NCBI RefSeq assembly: GCF_001194135.2
Contig: NC_068987.1
Location: 13,337,980 to 13,401,979, forward strand
Source: Octopus bimaculoides
Taxonomy: Eukaryota
Direction of reading: 5' to 3'
DNA length: 64,000 bases
In this document: positions 1 to 11,980 of the stretch, one piece after another
Numbering within the stretch: the stretch's first letter is position 1
How the letters are laid out: each line of letters begins with the position of its first letter
Made by a program: the position numbers and the translations under genes
The notes under the pieces: model-generated
Databases searched by the model: none
What the model saw: the letters and a program-made list of their open reading frames with translations, nothing else
What the model was told of the DNA's origin: nothing

Positions 1-475
1 ACAAACCCTTTTTTTTTTCTTTACAGATGATTGTTAGAATCAATGCATAATTGTGTTGTTTTTGTTGTGATGGGAAGGGTCTGTTTTAACCCTTTTAACA
101 CTATCCCTAGTTCCATGTCACAAACGTCTTGTTTAACCCTTTAGCATTTAAACTGACCATATTCAGCCCAAATCTATTTTATGGTCAAACCAGTCATATC
201 TGGCTTTACAGACATACCCTACAATGTTCATTCTAAAAAATAAACAACTACATCATTGAAATCTTGACGGAATAATTCTGTGTTAATTTATGTTCCAAAT
301 CTTAGTTTGATAATCTTTTGTATTGAAGGAACAAGGCCCTGAAATTTTGGGCAAGGGGACTAGTCGATTACATCGACCCCAGTGTTTCACTGGTACTTAA
401 TTTATTGAGCCTGAAAGGATGAAAGGCAAAGTCGACTTCAGCGAAATTTGAACTCAGAATATGAAGATGGACAAA

Positions 476-715
476 ATTCTTATTTCTTTATTGCCCACAA
501 GGGGCAAAACATAGAGGAGACAAACAAGGACAGACAAAGGGATTAAGTCGATTACATCAACCCCAGTGCGTAACTGGTACTTAATTTATCTACCCCGAAA
601 GGATGAAAGGCAAAGTCGACCTCGGTGGAATTTGAACTCAGAACGTAACGGCAGACGAAATACCACTAATCATTTCACCCGGCGTGCTAACGTTTCTGCC
701 AGCTCGCCGCCTTCT
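476..715 (-). mobile_element. Young tRNA-derived SINE (family 1) nested in an older family 1 copy
   Basis: Reverse complement starts aaggcggcgagctggcagaaacgttagcacgccgggtgaaatg...gttctgagttcaaattcc (A/B-box-like). 9-bp TSD atggacaaa at 467-475 and 716-724. CpGs retained. Confidence 0.9.
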
Positions 716-797
716 ATGGACAAAGTTCTGCTAAGCATTTCGCCCGACGTGCCAACAATTCTACCTGCTCGCTGACTTAAACCTTAGTTTAATAATG

Positions 798-1012
798 GTT
801 TCAAATTTTGCCACAAGAGCAGCAATTTGGGAGAAAGGGATGAGTCGATTACATTGACCCGTGATTCACTGGTACTTATTTTATCGACCCTGAAAGGATG
901 AAAGGCAAAGTCGACCTTGGCAGAATTTGAACTCAGAACATAGAAATGAGCGAAATATCACTGAGCATTTCATCCTGCATGCTGACGATTCTCCCAGCTT
1001 GCCACCTTAAAG
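798..1012 (-). mobile_element. tRNA-derived SINE family 1 copy
   Basis: Core gactttgcctttcatcctttc.gggtcgataaa.taagtaccag in reverse; 17-bp TSD accttagtttaataatg at 781-797 and 1013-1029. Confidence 0.9.
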
Positions 1013-2192
1013 ACCTTAGTTTAATAATGACAGTTATTTTACTAAATTTTTCAGTATTTAAAAAAAAAATCTTTGTTGGGATTAGATTATGAGAATGATA
1101 TTGTGACATTATCAATAAGCAGAAATGTGACTGATTGAGCATACGGTTCAATGTAAAGTCAATATATAAGTCTTCAAGCTGACAGAATTGTTAGCATGCT
1201 GGGCAAAATGCTTAGTGAAATTTCGTCTGTCCTTATGTTCTAAGATCAAATTCCACCAAGGTCAACTTTGCTTTTCATTATTTCAGGATCAATAAAATAA
1301 ATACCAGTTGAACACCTTAAAATTTCTGGAAAGGAAGTATATGTATATCCTCACTTTCTTTAGAAATTTCCATAAAAAATTTAACACACAACGGGACTGC
1401 ACTAGTTTACAATTATATTTCAAAAGAGGCACAATGCCGGCTGGCATTGTATCAGAAAAAATGCGTAATAAACTCTTGTATAAAATTACCTTCTGCTTAA
1501 TTAAAATTACTGAAGCATTTGTTAAACATTATTCGATAAAGGAAGCACTAAGCTAAAAAAAAAAAAAAAAAGAAATAACGAAGTGAAGGCGAGGGTTGTA
1601 AACCGTTAGCCATAAATTTTCACTGACCTCAGCTTGCTGGAGTTATCTCCCCTACATAATGCCGCTTTTTGTTTTTTAAAGATTATTTTTTAAGTAGTTT
1701 TCTCAGTGAGTGTTTGTCAATTAATTGCATTACATGTATGAGATAATCTGTGCCACCCACATGTTGTTATTCTAATTTTTTCATCTTTTATTGTTTCGCT
1801 TGTTTATGCGGCCGTGTGGGGTACCCCCTTGACAGGTTTTAGAGAAACAAATCAACCCTATTACTCATTTCTTAAGTCTGGTACTTATTCTATCAGTCAC
1901 TTTTCCTGAACTGCTATGTTATCGGGACATAAACAAACCAGCACCAGTTGTCAAGTCGTGGGAGAGACACACAACAAACATATATAAATATATTTCTGTT
2001 AAAATGTCTTATTGACGAGTTTCATTTCTTCATTTCCCTGAAGAGAAGATTACATTGTTTTACACCATTTTATTCCTTTGGAATAATACCAGTGATATCT
2101 TCGACACATGTGTCGGAAGTAAAAGAATTTGAATAACACCTGCGTTTAACTCCATAGTAATTTTGAAAGAAGTATCTATAAAACTAGTTTTT

Positions 2193-2485
2193 AAACAATT
2201 GCAGCATGGAAAGTTACTGTAAGCCATTTAAGAACACACAAAAAAACGTGAGATTCACTTCAACATTTAAATTTAATTTGTGTCAAAATATTTTCGTTGC
2301 TTTGAAACCACAACCTGTTCACTGACAAAACTTTATGCTGCACAAAGTTTTGTTGGTGAACAGGTCACAGTTTCAAAGCAACGAAAATATTTTGACACAA
2401 ATTAAATTTAAATGTTGAAGTGAATGTAACGGTTTTTTGTGTGTTCTTAAATGGCTTACAAACATTTTCCACACTGCAATTGTTT
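2193..2485. repeat. Long inverted repeat (142-bp arms, 9-nt loop) in a PI3K intron
   Basis: Arms 2193-2334 and 2344-2485 are reverse complements with scattered mismatches; loop atgctgcac. Confidence 0.95.
2281..2327 (-). ncRNA. Candidate minimal type I hammerhead ribozyme with G3:C8 core
   Basis: Minus strand: UGUCA GUGAACA G GUUGU gguuucaaa GCAAC GAAA AUAU UU UGACA. Stem I 5 bp, stem II 5 bp, palindromic stem III (AAAAUAUUUU). Twin on + at 2351-2397. Confidence 0.6.
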
Positions 2486-2747
2486 TTGTTTCAGCACACG
2501 ATCTCATATCAAGTCACTTGCTATGCAAGTACATCTCCGTAATAGTTTTTAAACATTGAACGGCTATGGGAGTCCACCAGAATAAAATAGGAATCAAGGG
2601 GGTGCATAAATAAAAAATGGTTGAGAACCCCTGAACTAAACCATACAAAGAAATTTTAAAGCTGCTCCTCTTTCACTTCACTGTGTGCAATGCTAATAAA
2701 TTCCCCTGTGTTTGTTTTCAATGGTTGTTTTTCAATTTCCATTTCAG

Positions 2748-2829
2748 TGTGACCTTGTCTATACTTTCTTTCACCCACTCATTCGAGATGAACAAAGTTC
2801 TGGTCTGAACATGAACAATGGTTTACAGG
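2748..2829 (+). CDS. PIK3C2A: Class II PI3-kinase (PIK3C2A-like), internal exon, end of PX domain/linker
   Basis: Acceptor atttcag|TGT, donor CAGG|gtgagt. Encodes CDLVYTFFHPLIRDEQSSGLNMNNGLQ, matching the CDLV.TFFHPL.RDE motif recalled from class II PI3Ks just before the terminal C2. Ends in phase 1, compatible with the next exon. Not in the ORF track (too short). Confidence 0.88.
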
Positions 2830-3419
2830 GTGAGTAGATACTTGTGGAGTCTTATTTGTAATTCTATTGAGATTTATTATTTATTAAGACATGATGGCAG
2901 CGAGCTAGCACAATCGTTAGCATGCTGAGCGAAATGCTTAGCATTGTTTCACCCATTGCTACATTCTGAGTTCAAATTCTGCCAAAGTCGACTTTGCCTT
3001 TCATCTTTTCGGGGTCAGTAAATTAAGTACCAGTGATGCAATGGGACTGAACCTGGAACCCATGTGGTTGGGAAGCAAGCTTCTTTATTTCATCAAGTTT
3101 TCCATAAAAGCATTACATAGATAGAAGCAAGTGCGGGCTGGACAACAACACAAATGAAATGAATGATGAGCAAAATAATGATATTGATGAAGGAAGCAGA
3201 GGATGCCTGCCAATCAATGCTTCCTAAAAACATTGTTCTTTTTTTCTCTTTTATAAAACCAATTGAGATTATAAACCTCTTACTATAGTTCATTGGGACA
3301 CAATGTCCTTTGAAAAAAGGCACTAAGCCTCTTACATTTTTCGCAAATGGACTCCACGTCCTTACAAAATGAGGCACTAAGCCTCTTACCTTTTTTACAA
3401 CTCTAGGCATTAAAGCCTC

Positions 3420-3770
3420 TTGCTTCTATGCCCGACTAGGCACACTGCCTCATGCAAGTACCTGGACGTTGCCAAGTCGAGACACTTTAGCATAAATTTA
3501 AATATATCCCTGGGGAAGGAGTTCATTATCCTGCACAAGTCAGATTCCCCTATGGACCTCCGCAGCCACCTGCAGAGGCCAATCAGGGTCCTCAGTGCCG
3601 GACAGAACCCCTTCCCTCCGGCCTTTTCTTTTCACCTTCTTTACAAAGTTTTCTAAAGCTCCTCCCTTGTGAAAAAGGATTACAAATCCCTCGTCTATCA
3701 CATAGGAAGGGGCCACAGTTTCTTCCGTCGGTGGCGCAATTCACACTGACAGGGTTTCGGAACATGCCGG
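3420..3770 (-). mobile_element. Possible degraded LINE fragment in a PI3K intron
   Basis: GC-richer island; minus frame ENFVKKVKRKGRREGVLSG loosely resembles Tx1 C-termini. Weak. Confidence 0.25.
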
Positions 3771-3859
3771 CAGTGTGTTAGAAAATATTAAAAAATTTTG
3801 GAGTAAAAAGAACAGTCTTGTTAAATTTTTTTTTTTTTTTGCTTGTTTCTTTTTCACAG

Positions 3860-3975
3860 ATACTGTTAATAATGTCCGGAATATGACTTCGACAGGAATC
3901 CGAGGAGAACTAAAAATATCAATTCAGTATCAAAAAGAACACCTCCAAGTTATGATCATGCATGCAAGAGGCTTG
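3860..3975 (+). CDS. PIK3C2A: Class II PI3-kinase exon, start of C-terminal C2 domain
   Basis: Acceptor tttcacag|AT (G+AT = Asp), donor TTG|gtatgt. Encodes (D)TVNNVRNMTSTGIRGELKISIQYQKEHLQVMIMHARGL (G.LKISI.Y...L.VM.MH..L pattern). Confidence 0.92.
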
Positions 3976-4404
3976 GTATGTATACAGATGTTGTTATTGA
4001 TGTTTCTACACCTGTCTTCGTCTTCTGTTTTCTGTAAATTTGAACTATATAGATAGAGAGAGAGAGAGAGAGAGCATAGATAACATGCACATATCAGTTT
4101 ATATCTAAATTTTTGCATTAAATATACTTCATGTAATGATTCGAGAAAGAGTTACGTCCCTTGGTAAAATTCCAGTATATAAATGGCGTTAAGTATTTAA
4201 ATATTAGTGATGTACTAATATCGACAATGATTGTTTTATTTCAATCTTATATTCAATTTTCTGAAAGTCCTAGTTTTCACTCAATTGTCACGTGATTAAA
4301 ACGACGAATTTATGAATTTTATTGTTGTAATAATTTATATTAAAAAATACTAACGATTTACGGCTTTTTTTTTGTTGTTTTTTTTTTTACCTTTATATTC
4401 TCAG

Positions 4405-4530
4405 AGTTCATATGGAATTGAAAACCCCAGTCCTTATGTAAAACTCTACTTGCTACCAGATCCTGAAAAGCTAACGAAGCAAAAAACTAAAGTGGTTAAG
4501 CATTCAACACACCCAACTTACAATGAAGTT
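4405..4530 (+). CDS. PIK3C2A: Class II PI3-kinase exon, C2 domain middle
   Basis: Acceptor attctcag|AGT, donor GTT|gtaagt, 126 nt, phase 0/0. Encodes SSYGIENPSPYVKLYLLPDPEKLTKQKTKVVKHSTHPTYNEV (PYVK.YLLPD...TK.KTK....PT.NE signature). Confidence 0.95.
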
Positions 4531-5386
4531 GTAAGTACTCCCATTATTAAATTTATGTTTTCTTTTTCATTGTTTTTTAACAGCTACTTTTCTGTGCTTG
4601 GAGTTTTAGGCACATTTTCTATGGCTGGATGCTCTTCCTGTCAACCTTTCCCCCAACTTTCACCTGTTTCCATGGCCAGACATGTTTGCACTGATTATTG
4701 GAAATGAAGGACACCGCTTGTATAACAGTGATGTTCATTTACAATAGTTGCACAACATCAATATAAAGAGACAAAGATTCACATACATATATGTGGGGGG
4801 AAGGGTATGTATGTGTGTGTGTGTGTATAAATATATATATATATACACGCACAAGCATATATCCCGCTTATTGGTGGGGGGTCTTATCTTGCAGGTACTT
4901 GGTGACCTCACCAGTGCTGATGTTAGGTGTGTTAGGAAGGGCATTCCAAGCCATAGAATGGTGGAGTCCCCTGGCTTGTCTGATTTTTTTCTTGATTTTT
5001 TAAAAAATTATCTTCAACCCTGGAGGTAGTATCTTAATTACCAAATACCAAATTAAGGATAGAGAAGGATAGATAATTTCAAGAATCATGAATTCTTCCA
5101 GAATTGACATGTCACTAAGGAAAAAGACAGGTTTATTGTCTAGAGATTAGAAGACCGTCATGGATGTGTGTTTCTGGCTCAATAACTGTCATAAGCCCAA
5201 CAATTGTCTGACCTTAACTCCAGTATGAACTGGTCTTAATTGCCAATTGATAATTGCAATACATCCTGTAGAGTCAGACAATAATTGATAAAGTATGGAC
5301 TGTATTGTTATAGAATAATAAACCTCATGCAAAATTGTGAAGCTATGAAATTAAGATAATATTAAAGTTTTTATTTGTCCTGACAG

Positions 5387-5584
5387 ATGCAGTACAAGAT
5401 GTCTCTGGAAGATGTTAAGAAGCGAACTTTGCAAGTGACTGTTTGGAACCATGATGTCTTGAAAGAGAACCAGTTCATGGGTGCTATATATATCCATTTA
5501 CGAAAACTAGACCTCAGTCAAGAAAACACAGAATGGCGCTGCCTTGGTAACCTACAGATGTCAAGTACCAGCCATATTTCCTGA
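5387..5584 (+). CDS. PIK3C2A: Class II PI3-kinase terminal coding exon
   Basis: Acceptor gtcctgacag|ATG. Encodes MQYKMSLEDVKKRTLQVTVWNHDVLKENQFMGAIYIHLRKLDLSQENTEWRCLGNLQMSSTSHIS then TGA at 5582-5584, completing the C2 domain. Confidence 0.93.
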   Translation: MQYKMSLEDVKKRTLQVTVWNHDVLKENQFMGAIYIHLRKLDLSQENTEWRCLGNLQMSSTSHIS

Positions 5585-6895
5585 TGATGCCTTTTTTCCC
5601 CCACATACAGCCTACCAGTTGGTGCCTTCATCATATTCAAATCATTCAAACAATGGAGGTTCCATTAAACTACCATTATTTTCATCATCACCATCATCAC
5701 CATTGTACAAATCATTGATAATTATATGATTCATTGACCGTAACTTTGTAAGTCCTTTTGGCAATGTTTAAAATTATTATACAAGACTGCTCTTTTACTC
5801 CAAAATTTAAAAATATTTTCTACAAAGCAAAAAATGAAAGATTTTTTTTTAAAAAAACTATCATCTCATGGGAATAATTTTTGAAAATGATTAATTATTA
5901 TACAATGAAATATATTTAGCATCAGAGTTTTCTGCAAGAGAATTCACCACATTTTACATCAAGTGTTGCCTTAACTTAATCAAAGCATCAAATTCTTCAT
6001 CACAAAATACACTGCAGACACTAAAACTGCAAATGCTTATGTATATGTGATTGATATATATGTATGTATGTATATTTATGTCTATATACATATATGTATC
6101 CGCATGTGTGTGTGTGTGTGTATATGTGAGTATTATACATAAATTTGCATCTAATTTATCAAACAATATTTTTTTTTTTTTTTTGTCTTTTACCAAATTA
6201 TTCTCATTTTTCCCATTCCATTCAGCCATTTTAAATTCACTGCTGGATGAAGTCATGCTGACCAATTGCAGGCTGGATGTAGTGCTTATAGTGTCAGGTG
6301 ATTAAACTCTGGCCATTGCACGACTGAGCGGAATTCAAACTCAGAAGAGGTGAAACAGGTATGCAATATAAGGCATCTTATCTGATAGGCTAAAGAATTC
6401 CGTTAAGTTCCATCAATCCACTGCCCTGAACTGGTAGATTATTTATCAACTCTGACAAAAAGAGGAAAGGTCAAAATTTTCATCTGCTGTATTTAAGAAA
6501 AAACAATTAGAAAATGACCTTATCTTCCAAAATCATTATTCTTCTAATTGCAGTGATATCTTAGCAAGGGACAGATCATATTTGATTGATTATTACCTAG
6601 CTGTTCTTTCTCCCAGGGTACCACNNNNNNNNNNNNNNNNNNNNNNNNNNNNNNNNNNNNNNNNNNNNNNNNNNNNNNNNNNNNNNNNNNNNNNNNNNNN
6701 NNNNNNNNNNNNNNNNNNNNNNNNNNNNNNNNNNNNNNNNNNNNNNNNNNNNNNNNNNNNNNNNNNNNNNNNNNNNNNNNNNNNNNNNNNNNNNNNNNNN
6801 NNNNNNNNNNNNNNNNNNNNNNNNNNNNNNNNNNNNNNNNNNNNNNNNNNNNNNNNNNNNNNNNNNNNNNNNNNNNNNNNNNNNNNNNNNNNNNN

Positions 6896-6943
<48 letters not shown>

Positions 6944-7093
6944 TGTGTATGTATGCATATATATATATGTATATGTTTACATGTATATATTATATGTAGT
7001 TACTGTATCTATGAAGGTTCTTGTGAAACGTGTTTTACTGACTGATTGTAACTGCAGTCGTTTTAATGGTGCTGTTTTATCCACTAAAATTTC

Positions 7094-7099
7094 AATAAA
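7094..7099 (+). promoter_or_regulatory. Candidate polyadenylation signal of the PI3K transcript
   Basis: AATAAA about 1.5 kb after the stop, followed by U/GU-rich sequence (ccccttttgtttaatgatgtttttgt). The hexamer is common in AT-rich DNA, so support is weak. Confidence 0.3.
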
Positions 7100-8878
7100 C
7101 AATTAAAAAAACAACCCCTTTTGTTTAATGATGTTTTTGTAAATCATCACATTTATTTATTCATTTTAGAGAATTCTTGTTTTTTGTTTTTTTTTTGCTT
7201 TTTTTTTAACATAAATGTTTGGAACAATTCATTATACAACAATTGAATCTTTACAAGCTAAATATTAAATGGAATATTTAATAGTTTAAATGGAATTGAA
7301 AAATTTATAAATTGTATATTTTTGAAATTATATACATTTTTGTGAGAAGAATATAATTTTGTTTTTTGGTTTTGTTTTAGTGGTGATGGGGACTGAGTAT
7401 CTTTTAATATTTCTCTTCAGGACTTCTCTTTAAATTGGAACAATATGATGTTTTCTATTTATTAAGAAAATAGTTTATGGTTGATTTACATTTCTTTAGA
7501 AGACAAATCCTTAACCCTTTTTTACTATATTTTTTTATTGAAATACGCTGCCTTTTTTTAAAAATTAATTTTGAAAATAATGAAGAATTTAATTATTTTA
7601 GTAAAATAGTTTCATCATTATCAAACTGGTGTTTGGAACATAAATTTATATAAAATTTTGATGGAAGGTTTTAATTTAGATCTCTTTAAAAAACATGAAC
7701 CCTGTATTATAGAACAAGGAACAGTCTAAGACAAGTTTATAACAAAAGAAATCACTAAAAGCCATGTAGTTCTTAACTCTGAAGTTTTCTTCTCTATCAT
7801 TGAACATTTATAATCATTTTTCTTTTTTTCTTTTTATTTTGTATTATACTTCTTAAGACGCTAGTCTAAAACATTAAAGATTTCCCCTTCTTTTTAAGCA
7901 TTAAGCTGATACAATATTTGTTAAAATTTGTCCCTCCTGTGTTGTCTTCTGCCATTTTGTGTTCATTACTTTCATATATTTTCAGTACTTATACAACCTC
8001 CTTATATTTATATATATATATGTGTGTATGTGTGGGCACATGTGATTGTCTGTGTGACTGTCTCATGATTATTTATCATGTTGATCATCATTGTAGTGCT
8101 ACATCCACTTCCCATACTAGCATGGGGTTGGAGGAGCTCTGGGCCAAGTTTAAGTCAGTTATTATTCAGAATTACTGCCTTCCTAACCAGATCAGAACAC
8201 CACATCTTGTTTGTGCATTTCCTTTTTGGCTTGTTTTCTACAGGTGGATGCCTTTCTTATCACCAACCACTTTATATAATATACTGGCTGATTTTATCTA
8301 GCATCAATATTTGACTGGTTGCTGTGTCTTTGTCAAGACCACAAGGTTTTCTCAATCTTGCATCATCTTCACTCATTTGCCTACTATTTCATAGAGTGTA
8401 ATTGGTATGTTTCATCGTGACATCAGGACTTCTTACAAGGATGTCTTGTATCCTCTAAAACAGAAGAGTCCTCATTATTCTGTGATGTGTTCAAGGTGGC
8501 AAACTGGCAGAATCGTTAGCATGCTGGGCAAAATGCATAGCAATATTTCATCTGCCACTATGTTCTGAGTTCAAATTAGTTGACATTTTCCTGACTACAC
8601 ATCATTCAGTAGCTCTGCTTTCAAAAACATCTGGAATTAAAATTCCTTATGCCGAAAAGCAGATTATGGTCACTAACAGGAAGGTTATCCAACTGTAGAA
8701 GCATAGTTCAATGAAATGTATTCATCTAACCCATGCAAACATGGAAAAATAGACATAAATAAACAACAAACAGACAAATATTGTCCCATCATTTTAAACA
8801 TTTTGCTTGAAATTTCAAAATTCTATGCTGTGCATATGTGTGTGTATGTATGTATATATATATGTGTGTGTGTGTATG

Positions 8879-8917
<39 letters not shown>

Positions 8918-9154
8918 NNNNNNNNNNNNNNNNNNNNNNNNNNNNNNNNNNNNNNNNNNNNNNNNNNNNNNNNNNNNNNNNNNNNNNNNNNNNNNNNNNN
9001 NNNNNNNNNNNNNNNNNNATATATATGTACGTCTTGTATGTTTTTGTGTTGCCTGAAGAAACAACAAAGAATTTCTCTATTTAAGTAAAGCATTGATCAG
9101 TTGATAAACTCATTTTAATCTGATATTAGATTTTTAATTTGTTTCATATTGGTT

Positions 9155-9546
9155 CTTTAACATTTTTGTTACCACGTTTCTGTTGAAATGCACTATCGTT
9201 GTTTCAATTAATTTTGGAAGTAATGAAGAATTTAGTAAAATAACTTTGTCTTTAGAAAGCTGGTGTCTGGAATATAAATTAACATGAAATCTTGATGGAA
9301 AGTCTTGAGATCACTGTAACCTTTTAGCATTTAAACTGGCTGTGTCTGGCCTGTCACACCTACCTTACAATGTCATTTTAAAAATAGACTATCAGATCAT
9401 CAAAATCTCAAAGCTATGAGATAATCCATGGTTAATTCAAGGATTACATTTGACAGAATAATCTTAATGCTAGTGGGATTAAAACAAGATATTTGTATCA
9501 CAGAACCAGGGACAGTCTCATGCAGATTGGTCTCGAAAGGATTTTA
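9155..9546. mobile_element. TTAA-type MITE B (host of MITE A)
   Basis: ttaacatttttgttacc...gaaaggattttaa; collinear with the uninterrupted copy at about 7512-7760 and a partial copy at 10341-10420. Confidence 0.7.
9320..9478. mobile_element. TTAA-target (piggyBac-like) MITE A nested in MITE B
   Basis: Ends ccttttagcatt / aatgctagtggga, flanked by gtaa (9316-9319) and ttaa (9479-9482). Other copies at about 133-290, 10425-10596 and 24310-24459 (ending aatgctaaggggttaa). Confidence 0.75.
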
Positions 9547-10746
9547 AAAAATTTATCATCATTTCCAAATATACTCTTTTACTTGTTTCAGTCATTTGAC
9601 TGTGGCCATGCTGGAGCACTGCCTTTAGTCGAGCAAATCGACCCCGGGACTTATTCTATCGGTCTCTTTTTGCCGAACCGCTAAGTGACGGGGACATAAG
9701 CACAGCAGCATCGGTTGTCATGCAATGCTAGGGGGACAAACACAGACACACAAACACACACACATCACACATATATATGTGGCACATAAAAGACACCATT
9801 TCGAGCGTGGCCGTTTTCGTGCGGGTGACACGTAAAAGCACCCACTACACTCTCTGAGTGGTTGGCGTTAGGAAGGGCATCCAGCTGTAGAAACTCTGCC
9901 AAATTAGATTGGAGCCTGGTGTAGCCATCCGGTTGCACCAGTCCTCAGTCAAATCGTCCAACCCATGCTAGCATGGAAAGCAGACGTTAAACGATGATGA
10001 TGATGATGATATACATATATACGACGGGCTTCTTTCAGTTTCCGTCGACCAAATCCACACACAAGGCTTTGGTCGGCCTGAGGCTATAGTAGANNNNNNN
10101 NNNNNNNNNNNNNNNNNNNNNNNNNNNNNNNNNNNNNNNNNNNNNNNNNNNNNNNNNNNNNNNNNNNNNNNNNNNNNNNNNNNNNNNNNNNNNNNNNNNN
10201 NNNNNNNNNNNNNNNNNNNNNNNNNNNNNNNNNNNNNNNNNNNNNNNNNNNNNNNNNNNNNNNNNNNNNNNNNNNNNNNNNNNNNNNNNNNNNNNNNNNN
10301 NNNNNNNNNNNNNNNNNNNNNNNNNNNNNNNNNNNNNNNTTTTTTTTCCAAATTTCTATTGAAATACACTGCCTTTGTTTCGTTTTGTTTTGAAAGTAAT
10401 GAAGAATTAATGACAAAATGATTTATGTTCAAACCAGCCAGATCTGGCCTATCACACTTATTCTACAATGTGATTCTAAAAATAAGCAATCACCTCATAA
10501 AAATCTCAAAGCTATGAGATAATGCATGATTAATTCTAAACAATGTGAATAAATAAGCTTTACATTTGACAGAATAATTTGAATGCTAAATGGTTAAACT
10601 TGCCCGTTTTTCATTTTTCTTATCTAAGGGTCATTTTTTGCCTCTGTCTTTTGTGACTACATCATTTGCCATTTATAATTTCCAACTTTATCATTCTAAT
10701 AAATTAATTCTACCAATAACTTAGTTTATAAATCTATTATTATGCA

Positions 10747-10812
<66 letters not shown>

Positions 10813-11475
10813 GGCGTACATTTTCTACTAATCAACTTGCTAATTATTGCATATATATGTATCCAATTGGGAGCATCGTTTGAGCATTGGTAAAAAAAAA
10901 ATGCCTTGCAGCACTTCTGGTTCTTTATGCCTCGAGTTCAAATATCAATACAGTAAACTTTGCCCTTCCAAAATCCTTTGAAGGTCTATAAAATAACGTA
11001 TCAGTCAAATACTGGGATTTATGTAATTGACATGCTCCCTTCTCTAAAATTTCAAGCCCTGAGCTTGTTGTAGAAAGATTAGTAATAATAATAACGATAA
11101 TGATAAGGTGACAAGCTAGCAGAATGATTAGCACACTGGGCGATATGCTAAGCGGCATTTTGTCCATCCTTATGTTCTGAGTTCAAATTCCACCAAGGTT
11201 GACTTTGCCTTTCGTCCTTTCAGGGTTGATAAATTAAGTACCAGTGAAACACAAATTGATGTAATCGACTTGACTCCTCCCCCAAAGTTTCAGGCCTTGT
11301 GCCTTTAGCAGAAAGGATTGTTATTGATAACTAAGCACATGGCTTAGTGGTTAGCATCCTTTCAGGATCAATAAAATAACCACTAAGGTTGGTGTAAATT
11401 GGATAGCACTTGCCTCCAAAAATTTCAGGCCTTGTGTGTATACTAAAAAGAATTATCATTATTATTATTATTATT

Positions 11476-11980
11476 GAGTGATAGAGCAATGTACACCATC
11501 AGAGCGACACTGGGGTACAAATATATGAAGCCCAGTATACCCATCATGACAACTCATCTGATAAGGGTACATCAGGTACATGCATCACAACTATATGTGC
11601 ATGACATAGTGATCTCATATCAAGATTAACAGCACATGACCTTGCAGGTGGGGCCGTGTTAGAATTTTCTACAGGTTGAGTAGCCCATCCCACTCAAAAG
11701 GTCCCCGAATGAGAGTTATGGAGGATGAACGAAATGGCCGTTTCCAAAGGTGAATTATTCCTCTCAACACATGGCTATGATACTCTCCCACTACTGCTTG
11801 TGATCAGAGATGCACAATTCGTCAGTCGCTAAAGGACGTTCAGCTGGTTGCGGTCAAGCAGTTGTGATACTGAGCAGAATATTTCCTGTACCCATCTTTT
11901 TGTATACCAAGACAAAACATGAACATGATACCATTTCAATCGGTTAAGATCAGAAGCCATGAGAGCCACTGCTGGGTACT
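11476..11980 (+). repeat. Unclassified interspersed repeat, two copies
   Basis: gagtgatagagc...gggtacatcaggtacatgcatcacaac...gtagcccatcccactcaaaaggtcc; inverted partial copy at about 24865-25080. Confidence 0.7.

Noticed and set aside
27-50. Acceptor tttctttacag|ATG as another PI3K exon
   Set aside because: All three frames hit a stop within 24 nt and there is no donor.
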